A stretch of 64,000 bases of DNA from Callorhinchus milii (lineage: Eukaryota), in assembly GCF_018977255.1 (NCBI RefSeq), contig NW_024704743.1, positions 51,338,001 to 51,402,000 on the forward strand. The letters are read 5' to 3'. Positions 52,785-64,000 of this stretch are shown here, in pieces. Position numbers and translations under genes: made by a program. The notes beneath the pieces were generated by a model, which saw only the letters and a list, made by a program, of their open reading frames with translations, had not been told where the DNA came from and searched no databases. The stretch's first letter is position 1, and each line of letters opens with the position of its first letter.

Positions 52785-53365
52785 CAACAATTCCTTTCAT
52801 TCGATACGGTACCTTATCAAGATGTTGAAGGTTCCAAAGCACTTCACAGATACCATTGTAAAGTGGAGTAACTGTTTATTTGTAGGCAAACTTAACATTC
52901 AATTTGTACACAGCAATGTCCCACAGACAACCGTAAAGTGAACAACCTATTTTATTTGTGTGATTGTTGTCCGGCACACTGGGAGAAATTCCCTTCTCTG
53001 TTTGAAGAGTGTCATGGTGTGGTGCCGCTCCACCATCAGCGGCCAGGCCTTCAGCCTTTCTGCCCCCACCCTATGGAATTCTATCCCACATTCTCTTCAC
53101 CTCACTCTCTTCCTTGCCTCTTTCAAGGCATGTCTCAAAACCCTCCTCTTCGACCGAGCCTTCAACCACTCTCCCCGCCCTCCACACTCCCATTGTATTT
53201 AATGTCCACCTGAACAAGCAAATGAGATCTCAGTGTCTGAAGAGTGGCACCTCCAACAATGGAGCACATCCCCAGCATTGCACTGGAGTGTCAGACAAGG
53301 CTATGAGTGCAATATTCTGACTTCCGACTGACCCAGTGGTGAAAATGTCAAGCACTGAGCCAGCC
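52785..53365 (-). mobile_element. Deu-domain SINE containing a + strand L2 fragment (about 53025-53190)
   Basis: SINE core split between gtgtcatgg and tttaatgtccacctgaac by GQAFSLSAPTLWNSIP-coding sequence. Confidence 0.8.
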
Positions 53366-53717
53366 ATTATACTTGTTTTCACTATAATCGCCAGGATGAA
53401 GAGTTAAGGAAGAAGGTCCAATCCTGCAGCCTCACATCTCAGAGGAGAGGCGAAACTTCCTCATCTAACTTTGTGAGTTGCACAAAAGAGAAGTTTATTC
53501 TTAAAATAATTTCCATTTAAAAAACTGAAAGATATGGTTTAAAATATGTGCAAAAATATTTGTGAAATGCTTAATATTGTACAACAACAAGAAGTTGGAT
53601 TCATATAGCGCCTTTCACACAGGGTAGCATTTCGGGGATACCCCTTGATGAAGAAGACACTATTGTAAAGGATGAACCAGAATTTATCCTTTCTATAATT
53701 TTGTCAATCAGGATTTC

Positions 53718-53985
53718 TGATAATAATCCTTGCATTTGAAAAAGAGTTTCATACATCAAACATCTCAGATAATTTCTGTCAAGCAAGTGTAATTGTGGCA
53801 AATATGGCAGCAGATACGCGCACAGCAAATATATACTCCACAAACAGCGATGAATTGGATGATCAGTTTATCTGAAGGTTTGTTAGCCAGGGACACCAGG
53901 AGAAACTTCCTTCTATGAATAGTGTCACAGACTTACAATCTTTAGGGTCAAAGATAGACTGTTACACCTTAAACCAAGCTGACAC
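53718..53985 (-). mobile_element. Deu-type SINE, degenerate
   Basis: Tail, ggacaccaggagaaact and head remnant ccaagctgac. Confidence 0.65.
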
Positions 53986-55136
53986 TTTTTGAAACAATGT
54001 TAATAGTTGAAAACATTAGTACTGAAAAGCTAAGACTGTGCAGAGTAAAACAAATCTGAAAAGATAGTCTTGAATGCGTAAATGAATAACTGCAGCTTGT
54101 TCAATTGCCTCATTGATCAATCTGCTACACAAAAAGAGGCTTTGCGTCACACTGAACAAAAATTGACAATCAAGATCTTGGGAAAAGGCAGTCTATTTTT
54201 CCCTAGATAGTTGCTGATGGCTTCTCAGTGTGAGGGGGATCACTTTCTAAGGAAAGGTCATTGCAGCTGATGGCATCGGGCTGCTGGGCTGTTCCTCTCA
54301 GTTATTCATTTTTCCTCTTCCTTACTGCTGCTGCTGTAAATAAACTGACTTTGTTTAAACTGCTAAATGCCAGTGGTGCAGTTTTTATCAGAGTCACCAA
54401 CTGACTCAGGGGATTACTGCTATCTCTTCTAGCCTTGATAATTGATATTGAACACAGGGAAAATCTCACAAGCAAGTAGCAATTAGCTAAAAGGATTTGC
54501 AACTCCATGATTCATCACATTGGCAAGAGAAGTCACTTAAACACAATGTTTTCACTGTTACGACAGACTGCTCTGAAGTTGACCCTCTGTTTGCTTCTTA
54601 CACTGAAATGTGAAATTTCCTGCTCTGCTAGTGTTTATTTTCTTAGAAATGTATCAGTATATCATGGCCCTCGTATCCTTTTGATTCTTTTCTCCCAGTG
54701 TAAACAATACAATTGGTCTAAAGCTACTTGTGGCAGTGTGGGTTTGTCTAGAAAACTTGTATGGTAATGACAGACCCTGCTAGCGGGAGCATGTTAAATG
54801 TGCTTCATTTGAAGAAAAGTGCTTACCGCAAGCTGGCAATGCATTACAACAAATGTTTCCTTGTGTTTCCACCATAGGCTTCTTATATCTACATTTGTGA
54901 GGAGAAACGCTAAGCTCTGCTATGATTAGGTACCTGCCACTGATTAAGAGACATTGCCTTTTTTATCTGTGGAATCAGCTGCTGGTATCACTAAGAATAG
55001 CACCTTTGGTATGTCTGATACCTTGATCTGATTGGATTATTGGTGGTGAGGGCAGGTTCTTTGCCAATGCCAACATAGTGCCCGACAATAATAGAAACCA
55101 CTTGACAACTGACATTTTTTGCCATTGTGTCAACGC

Positions 55137-57440
55137 AAACAACAACAACAAAATTACATTTGTGTTGCACCTTTCACGTCAGGAGGACATCCCAAGGCAC
55201 TGGACAGTTGGAGTTTTGGACCCAAGCTGGGGGTCGGGAATTGGGGAGGATAGAGGGTAGGGGGGGAAGCAAGGTGATCAAAAGCACGGTCAAAGAGGTG
55301 GGTCTTGAGATTGGTCTTGAAGGAGCCAAGGGAGGGGGCAAGGCGAAGGGACTCTCGGATGGAGTTCCAGAAGGTGACAACAAAGTAGTAGAAGGCCCGC
55401 CTGCCAATGGTGGGGCGGGAGAGGTGGGGTACATGAAGCAGGCTGGAGCCTGCTGAGCGGAGGGAGCAGGCAGATTGGTAGGAGGTTAGAAGGTGGCAGA
55501 GGTAGGGCTTAGAAAGGCCATGGAGGGCTTTGAAGGTGAGGACCAGGATCTTGAACTGTATCCTCTGTGTGATGGGAAGCCAGTGGAGTCGAGGATGCGG
55601 GTGATAGAGTCAAGGAACCTAATGCAGTAGAGGACACGAGCTGTGGAGTTCTGGATGATCTGCAGCCTGTGGAGGGAGGAGTTAGAGAGACTAACAAGCA
55701 GGGAGGTGGCATCCTTGGATGGTGATGCTGTCAGTGCCTGAGGTGTGAAGGCGCTGATGGGAGCTAATCAGGAGGGCCTCAGTTTTGTTTACGTTCATCT
55801 GTAGAAAGTTAGCTCTCATCCAGTGACAGAAGTGGTCCTGGAGTCGAGGGTGGGGGTAGAGAGATACAGTTGGGTGTTATCCGCATGTGTGAAAAATTGA
55901 CCCAATGTCTGCGGATGATGTTGCCAAGATGGAGCATATAGATATTCAAGAAGAGGAGACCAAGGACAGAGCCCTGAGGAATTCCACATGAGACGGTACG
56001 GGGGCTAGAGGAGGAACCATTTGTGGAGATGAAGTGGAGACGGTGTGAGAGGTAGGATGTGAACCATTCAAAGGACAGAACCATGAAGGAAAGCGGTGGA
56101 GGAAGATAGATAGTGAGGTCAACGGTATTAAAGGCAGCAGAGAGGTCAAGGAGGATGAGGAGGCAGAGGGAGCCCTGGTAGCTGATGGACAAAATATCAT
56201 TTGTGACTTTGACGAAAGCTGTTTCTGTGCAGTGCTCAGCACGGAAACCTGAACGGAGGGGTTCGTGAAGGGAGTCGCTGGAGAGGAAGGAGCGAAGCTG
56301 GGAAGCAACAACTTTCTCCAGGAACTTGGAAAAGAAAGGGAGGTTGGAAATCGGGCTGGAGTGGGAGAGCATGGATGAGTCCAGGGAGGGTTTTTTTAGG
56401 TTAGTAATAGTGATGATGGCCATTTTTAGAGGTGTGGGAATGGTGCCAGTGGACCGGGAGAGGTTTATGATGTTTGTGAATAGGGGGGCAAGGAGGTGGA
56501 GAGCCAGGTAAAAGGAAGGGTAGGGAAAGAGCAGGTAGTCAGTTTCATGTGGGTTTGATGATGATGAGAGAGGAGGGGGCAACAGGTTGAAGGTGTGGAG
56601 GGAGGGATGGGTAGGGGCCAGAGTGTGAGTCGGAGATGGGGAGGGGGTAGTGGTTTGAATTGCAGAGGCAGTTGACTGGTTCCCTTTGACTTTGGTTCTG
56701 AGGAAGTCCAATATTTCCTCATGGTTGATGTTAGAATAGAGGATAGACGAGCCGTGAGAGGGTGGGTGGATGAGCCGGTTGGTGATGGAGAAGAGTCTGG
56801 GGTTGTCCTTGGCCTCCAAGATTGTCTTGGAGTAGAAGGATAATTTAGCGGAGGCGAGGGTGGAGTGGTAAGATTTGATAATCTTTATCAAGTTTGCTTC
56901 GCGACCACATCACTCCCACCCTCGCTCGCCTCCACCGGCTCCCCATCCCCCAGAGGATCGAATTCAAGATCCTCATCCTCACCTACAAGGCCATTCACGG
57001 CCTTGCTCCCTCCTACCTCTCCGATCTACTATCCCCCTACTTACCTGCCCATACCGTCCATTCCTCTGGCTCCGGTCTGCTCCACATCCCCCACTCTATT
57101 TGCCCTACCATCGTTGGTCGGGCTTTCAGCCTCTCAGCCCCTAGGCTCTGGAATTCCATCCCCCAGTGCTTTCACCTTGCTTCCTCCCTTTTCTCCTTCA
57201 AGGCCGGTCTCAAGACCTTTCTCTTCAACCGTGCCTTCACCTCCCCTCTCGACTCTCTACCCCCCCCATTTGCTCCCTCCCTTCCCTCCCCTCACCCTGA
57301 TCACTTCCCCCCTGCTCAGGTCCCGACCCAACTGTCCAGTGCCTTGGGACGTTCTCCTGACGTGAAAGGCGCTCTATAAATGCAATCTTGTTGTTGTTGT
57401 TGTTGATGAGGTCCAGCCAGATCTGCCAATGATCAGCCAT
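55137..57440 (-). mobile_element. L2 LINE, degenerate, interrupted near its 5' end
   Basis: 360-aa frame (55809-56891) with PISNLPFFSK, LLDLSAAF and GIPQGSVLG; continuation ADHWQIWLDLI at 57408-57440. Confidence 0.95.
56896..57405 (+). mobile_element. Young L2 3' fragment nested in the older L2
   Basis: Closely matches 51407-51958; (ttg)n tail; ttgat duplicated at 56875 and 57403. Confidence 0.95.
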
Positions 57441-58127
57441 TACTCAAAGGAGCTAAATGGACATTTATACTCAATAACACAAACTATTAGTTTGCTCGTC
57501 AATCATTTCTTTATTTCAAATGTTTAGCTCTTATAAGTTGAATTTAATGATATATTCAATGCTGTAAGAACAACTAATGTTATAATTTTAGTCATTATAA
57601 AAGCAGGTTGAAAGCTGTTCCCTTGTGTTATTCCTCACAAATTATTTGGCACTCCATGCTCACGTTATTCTACCTTATTCTTATTTCTACCTTCAAAAGC
57701 CTTTTGATGATGTCTTTGGTCAACATCTTTAAAATCTCTCATTTCCCTGCTCGGTATCCACCAATAAATTTGTCAATGCTTTAAGACATTCTTTTGCATG
57801 AAAGGCACTACATAAAGGAAGTTGTTGCATCTGTTCTCAAGAGATGGGATATAAGTTACATCTTACTCGGATACTTCAGTGAGCTGTAGTGCACAGTGGA
57901 ATGCTGATTTATGCAATAGATTAGATTACACAAAAAACTGCCCATAGCGAGACTTGGATTGAAAGGATGTTGCGAAGCCATTGACTATCAAAGGAAAGGA
58001 ACAAAAGTACAAGTTGTTTTTATTTGGTAAATAATTTACAAAGATAACCAGGAGAAATAGAAGCGATTTACAGTATCTGGATTATAGATTGGTAAACACG
58101 TTGATAAAAAGAATGCCTTTCTTGGAT

Positions 58128-58219
58128 CCACAAATATATAGTCAATTCACTTTACAGCATATTCTGTGAAGCGCTTTGAGACATCTAAAAGATGTGTAAA
58201 GCACTTTATCAATGCAAGG

Positions 58220-58274
<55 letters not shown>
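58128..58274 (+). mobile_element. SINE tail with expanded (TAT)n microsatellite
   Basis: Shared SINE tail followed by a long pure tat run (about 58221-58274). Confidence 0.9.
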
Positions 58275-58275
<1 letters not shown>

Positions 58276-58312
58276 GTCATTCACCTGTCTCTCATTACAG
58301 ATAGTTTAAAGA

Positions 58313-58425
58313 TAATAATAATAATCCTTGCATTTGATATAGCGCCTTATCACGTTGTTGAGCCATCTCAAAGATCTTCACAGAATATTTTGTAAAGTGA
58401 ATTGACTGTACATTTTGTACAGGCG
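58313..58425 (-). mobile_element. SINE tail
   Basis: Reverse complement of the shared tail. Confidence 0.85.
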
Positions 58426-58445
58426 AAAGAAAAAGATCATGTACG

Positions 58446-58522
58446 TAGAATCATAGAATCATAGAATTATACAGCACAGAAGGAGGCCATTCAGCTCATC
58501 GTGTCTGTGCTGACTCTTTCAA
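58446..58522 (-). mobile_element. CR1 extreme 3' tail
   Basis: tagaatca octamer repeats followed by acagcacagaaggaggccattcagc. Confidence 0.8.
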
Positions 58523-58989
58523 AAAATAGAAACATGTAAACTGCTTAAAAGAAGGATCAAAAACAAACCTCCAGTTGAAAAATAATGGTTGCAAAATGGC
58601 CCTTGCTGGCAATCCCCTATCATAAGCTTTTCATTAATTTTTTAGCAAATTTCACAATTTGAGGCAAAAACCTGAAATCAAAATTAATGCAGTCCCTCCC
58701 TTTGGTGAATCCTGCATTATTTCTAACCAAACTCTCGAACAGTACATGTGTCAGCTTCGCTCACTTGGGAGCACTCTGTTGTCTTCCTTACTCTTGACAC
58801 TCCAATGCAGGGTTGATTGGTGGAGCCCTGCATTGGAGTGTCAAGGCATTGAGACATACTGAGTGATGGTTCCACAGACATTGGACACATTTCAGTATCT
58901 CGCTCAAGAATATATTCTTCATGTATGAGTCTGGCCAATGAGTTTTGGCGACCTATTCATCTGTGAAGCATTATAGCAAGGCCTATTCT

Positions 58990-59286
58990 GTCTTCAGATG
59001 AGACCTTGAACCGAAGACCTGTCTGCCTGTTCAGGAAGACATAAAGGATTCCAATCCACAAATCNAAAAAAAGTGTGTTTCTCCCAGTGTCCTGGCCAAC
59101 AATTGCCATCACGATTGGTCATTCACTTCAGTGGTGTTTATGCGACATTACTGTGGACAAATTGGTTGCCATGTTCACCTACAAAATACACAGTCAATGA
59201 ACTTCACAGTAAAACCTTGTAAAAACTTTGAGATGTTCCCCCAACGTGAAATGCATTATATCAAATGCAAATGTTATTATTATTAT
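58990..59286 (+). mobile_element. Deu-domain SINE 3' half
   Basis: cagatgagaccttgaaccg...gtgtcctggccaac core plus tail. Confidence 0.8.
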
Positions 59287-60454
59287 GCAGCACTTATTGA
59301 GAAGAGCAAGTGAAAATACTTCAGTATACAAATACTAAGTATGGTCCTTTTGTACATTGATGACTTTAAATGCTGATTTAGGATTATGTATAAAGAATAA
59401 ATATTCAAAGATATAGTTAATAGCTGGTAGTCTGTCTTATCAATGAAATTTGAAAAGCCGGCATTACTCAATGAGTTACGGATATATGCAAATGCATGTA
59501 TCTATTACGCCTTTGTAAAGGTAAATTAGAGATATATTGGCATAGATCTTCAAGGACTATAAGTGTAGCTGAAATTAGTCAAGGTTAATCAAGATATTAG
59601 TTCCTTTCTCTCCATCCTTAATATGGTATGAAGTAAAGGGAGTCTCCAGAAATAAATCACAAATTGACAGTTGATTTCCTCTGATCAATAGTGTTATATC
59701 TGTGTCATATCTGTTGAAGTTGCTGTAGTATGCACATTTCTAGATTTTGTATGAAAGTTTTTATTCCATGTATGTGAAACAGATAATAAGAGGCTAATAC
59801 TGTACAGCAATTTGGAAATACCTATACACAAATTCTAAAACCAATGGAACTTCTGATGTCAAAGCAACTGCATTGTAGGTTACAATGAGTCACATAAGGG
59901 CTCAAAATTCTGGTTCTCGTTTTTAATGTTAAGTCACAAAAAGGGTCAAACCATAATTCAATCATAAGCCATTTTCAAAACAACAACAACAAAATCAATT
60001 TACATTTATATAGCACCCTTCACACAGGGCAGCGTCTCTGAGTGCTTAGAATCCTTTCAGAATAAGGTTTTGGGATCTCTTCAACAAGCACAAACAAGTG
60101 ATATTGATCACCAAGACACGTTTACCGAATATAAACACTCCTGTCAATGGGAAATGAAGCAAAACATTGGCGCCTGTTTCCCCAAGTCTGTAGAAAGGGA
60201 AGAGGAGGAGGCTGAGCTCTTGCTGCTGTCAACAGGATGATGGAGTTCAGACAAAACCTGGGTAGGAAAGCACTGGTAACTTTGCTCTGCACAGGGAAAG
60301 GAGGAGGAACTAGTTGAAGGCGATTGCTTGGGTCAATGCTGCCAGTGTCTTCAAGGGAGGATGTCCTGCCCAAAGGTGATGAGGGCTCTCAATGAGTTGA
60401 AGGCATTAGTTTCAAATGGCCCCACACCATTGCTTGCTGTGTGCTTGTTTAGAT

Positions 60455-60702
60455 GTGCCCCCACTTTCTGGAATTCCATCCCACGGTCTCTTTGCTTCGC
60501 TTCCTCCCTTGCCTCTTTCAAGGCTGGTCTCAAGACCCTTCTCTTCAATCATGCCTTTGGTCACCCTCCCATCTCTCTGCCTTCCCTCACTCCTACACCA
60601 CCTCGACCCCATGATTGAGTCCTGACCCCTGACTGTTCAGCGCTTTGGGATGTCCTCTTGACGTGAAAGGCACAGTATAAATTTTGTTGTTGTTGTTGTT
60701 GT
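60455..60702 (+). mobile_element. L2 3' fragment
   Basis: APTFWNSIP...FKAGLKTLLF frame and (ttg)n tail. Confidence 0.88.
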
Positions 60703-60754
60703 CTGCACCACAGGCAGTAACTTTGTACGTATACGGTATTCTGCTACAGTTTGA

Positions 60755-61142
60755 CGCCTTGGCTCAGTTAGTAATATCCTTGATTCTAGATCAGACACTT
60801 GTGGGTTCAAGTCCCACATTAGGACTTTGAGCTCCAAATTTAGACTAATGCTCCAGGGCAGTGTTGGGGGAGCACTGCATTTGTAGAGGTATTGTTCTTC
60901 AGATGAAACATTACATCAAGATCTACTCTATTTGTTTAGATGGATGTTAAGAAATCCATGATATTATTTAAAAAGATAAGGGAGTTTCTTCTGGTGTCCT
61001 AGTCAATCAACCTCCAATGTAAATCCAATATAAGTCATTCACTTCATGCCTGCATGCAAATTGACTGTTGTATTTGCTTAAAAATTAAAAGTACAATAAT
61101 TACTGTAAAGTGTTTTGACATTATAGGTGCTACATCAAATGC
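60755..61142 (+). mobile_element. Deu-domain SINE, degenerate
   Basis: ccttggctcagttagt head, gggttcaagtccc B box and core. Confidence 0.78.
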
Positions 61143-61388
61143 CACTCACAGGTACATAACATTTTTCCTATTTTTTATGCCGTGACATTATTCTATTAAC
61201 TACATTACCACTTGTCACATCTTCTATCACTTGGAAATGGACACAACAATCTGGAAGCTGTTTACAGTAAACACAATTGGGGTGAAATTGCGATATGTGT
61301 TTAATTTGCAATATTCAGAAAATGACTAATTATCATTTCCAAAAGTCAGCACTGGGTGACAAAAGGAAGCACAGTGGCAAAAAAAAAT

Positions 61389-61697
61389 TAATAATCCTTG
61401 CATTTGATGTAGCGCTTTTCACGTCTTCTAGACGTCTCAAAGCGCTTCACAGAATATACTGTAAAGTGAATTGACTGTATATTTGTGGGCAACACGCAGC
61501 AGCCAATTGTGCACAGCAGTGTCCCACAAACAGTCATGGATTGAAGAGACAAATTTTTTATTATTTTTTTTCTTCAGGGATTATTATCAGGCGTGTGGAG
61601 TAAGAAAATTTGCCCAAGGATTCGCCCTGCTGGGAATCGAACCCAGGCCTCTCGCTTGTGGGGCAAGTGCTCTAACTACTGAGCTACAGGATTCCAC
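61389..61697 (-). mobile_element. tRNA-headed SINE, short variant
   Basis: B box gggttcgattccc and an intact tail stem-loop. Confidence 0.93.
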
Positions 61698-61859
61698 AAA
61701 CATCGCAATGGCAAACATCGCAAGATGCATTCACTTCCTGGTCTGCACAACTGGATTCATGATATAATGCTCTTTAAGTTCACTAAAGATCTCATTCAGG
61801 CTGTCACTAATTTTCATTCTAAGATGCAAATATCCATTGACTATGTGTTCACTGTAAAT

Positions 61860-62805
61860 TATAGAATTGTACAGCACAAAAAGAGGCCATTCGGCCCATT
61901 GAGTTTGTGCCGGCTTTTTGAATAGAGCAATTAATGTCAATCCCACTCCTCAGCCCTTTCCCCATAACCCTGCAAACCCGTCCTCCTCAAATACCCGCCC
62001 ACCGCGTTTTTTAAAGGTAGTTATCGAATCGGCCTCCACCACCCTTTCAGGCAAAGCGTTCCAGATTCGAACAACCTGCTGCATGAAAAAATTTCTTCTC
62101 ACCTTCCCTCTGCTTCTTTTAGATACTATTTTGAATCTGTGACCACGAGTCACTGACACACCCACCAGTGGAAACAGTTTTTCCCTTTCTAACCTATTAA
62201 ATCCCCTCATGATTTTGGAGACCTCTATTAGGTTTCCTCGTAACCTTCTCTGCTCCAATGAGAATAATCCCAGCCTCTCTAACCTTTCCTCATAATCAAG
62301 GTTATTCATTCCTTGTACCATCCTCGTAAATCTCCTCTGCACCCTTTCCAATGCCTTAACATCCTTCCTATAGTGTGGTGCCCAGAACTGGGCACAGTAT
62401 TCTAACTTAGACCTAACCTGTGTTTTATACAGGTTAATCATAACCTCCTGACTCTTGTACTCTATGCCCCTATTTATAAAGTCTAGAATCCCATTTGCCT
62501 TTTTTACAGCTTTATCCACCTGCCCTGCCACCTTCAAGGATTCATTTACCTACACCCCCAGGTCTCTCTGTTCTTTTACCCCCCTTAAGATTGTATTACC
62601 AGCATATATTGCCTCCCCTCATTCTTTCTACCAGAATGCATTACCTCGCATTTCTCTACATTGAAAGTCATCTGCCATGTGTCTGCCCATTTTACCATTC
62701 TGTCTATGTCTTCCTGCAGTTGGTTACTATCCTTCTCATTGTTTACCACCCGACCTAACTTTGTGTCGTCCGCAAACTTGGAAATGGTGCTTGCTATACC
62801 CAAGT
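61860..62805 (-). mobile_element. CR1 LINE 3' portion
   Basis: SKFADDTKLG, FNVEKCEVMH, LEYCAQFWAPHYRKDVKALERVQRRFTRM, WNALP. Confidence 0.96.
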
Positions 62806-63159
62806 CCAGATCATAATATACTACCTTCCTTCCAAATAAAAATAATAATCCTTAATCTTTGCATCCTCCCCCGTACCTTAATTCATTTGCAAAAGAAAAT
62901 ATTTTCCCAGGTCATGTCAACAAACTTGAAACTTGACAGTGTTTTTTGTCTTGCCTAAGTATGACATTCCTGGCCTATGAGTCAATATTTCTATCAATCC
63001 TCTGTCATGAACACCTCTAAAGCCACTCATGACTCACATTCTTTTATAGAACGCCTTTTCCTATTATTATTCATAATTTCTGATAATTTTTCATTATTAT
63101 CATTTTATTTCAGCTCTGTCACTTCACTTAATTCCAGAATCAGTATCACACATTCCCAC

Positions 63160-63285
63160 TCAGCTATGTTTCGCCCACAAAATATACTGTCATTTCACTT
63201 TACAGTATATTCTGTGAAGCGCTTTGAGATGTCTCAAAGACGTGATAAGGCGCTGTATCAAATGCAAGGATTATTTTAGGATTAT
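63160..63285 (+). mobile_element. SINE tail
   Basis: Shared tail sequence. Confidence 0.85.
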
Positions 63286-64000
63286 TTATGTGCGGCTCAT
63301 TTAACTAGTTCTGCATTGTTTAGCACAAATACCAGTCATGAATTCTATGCATTCCGTTGCCACCAGCATTTCTTAAAACACTGTGTCCTTGTGTTGCAAG
63401 GAAGAACTTTCATTATAATAGCACCTTATCATATTAAAACATTTCAAATGCTTTATAACAATTACTGTCAAGTGCAGTGTAGGCAAAGTCCAATGCCTTC
63501 CGAATTGTTGACATGGACAATGTGCTCAAGTCCCAATGTGGGTTGAACATGAATCTTTAATAATAAAATAGTAATTTGCCTACAAAATAGTTACTACGTT
63601 TTACAATAAATCCTGTGAAGTGCTTTGAGATGTCCTGCTGATGTGAAGGCACTATTATAAAATGCAAGGATTATTGTTACTATGGTATTAATAATCCTTA
63701 GATTTGATACAGCACTTTATCACATCAAAACTTCTCAGAACATTTTATAGAGTTTTCTGTAAAGTTTTTATGCGAACAAAATGTTTTCCGATCAAGATCT
63801 TTCTGATTCAAAGGAAAGTGTGCTACCAGTGGAGCTGAAATGGAATAATCAGAGAGTGTAAGCAAGCAGGAAATGAGACAATTGGCCTTTCGAGCCATTC
63901 CTGAGATCATGCTGAGCAGAAGAGAACAATTACGTCACAGAGTCAGTAAAGTCAGATTGCTGGAGCATTGGATGACCTGATTGTAAATAATCTATGGCCA

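Noticed and set aside
58192..58395. Poly-Tyr or poly-Ile ORFs
   Set aside because: Translations of (TAT)n SINE tails

Overview
This is non-bacterial, repeat-rich vertebrate DNA. The SINE and LINE families look like those of a cartilaginous fish, most likely a holocephalan such as elephant shark (inference from repeat types). I could not identify any host protein-coding gene, tRNA/rRNA gene, miRNA or CRISPR array, so it reads as a large intron or gene desert. All long ORFs are pieces of L2-clade or CR1-clade LINE ORF2. Two tRNA-headed SINE groups with an L2-like 3' tail are abundant: a tRNA-Ala-headed family in long and short forms, and a Deu-domain (SacSINE1-like) family. Also present are older unclassified repeats, palindromic MITE-like elements, a 23-bp hairpin minisatellite and several repeat-free blocks that look like enhancers. 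The most notable items are a Penelope-type palindrome with a degenerate minimal hammerhead ribozyme core (about 35,040-35,136), L2 junctions showing TTG-microhomology priming and a fold-back filler, and L2 ORF2 reading through its own 3' recognition stem-loop. I found no convincing new biological system. Repeat boundaries are estimates made by eye.
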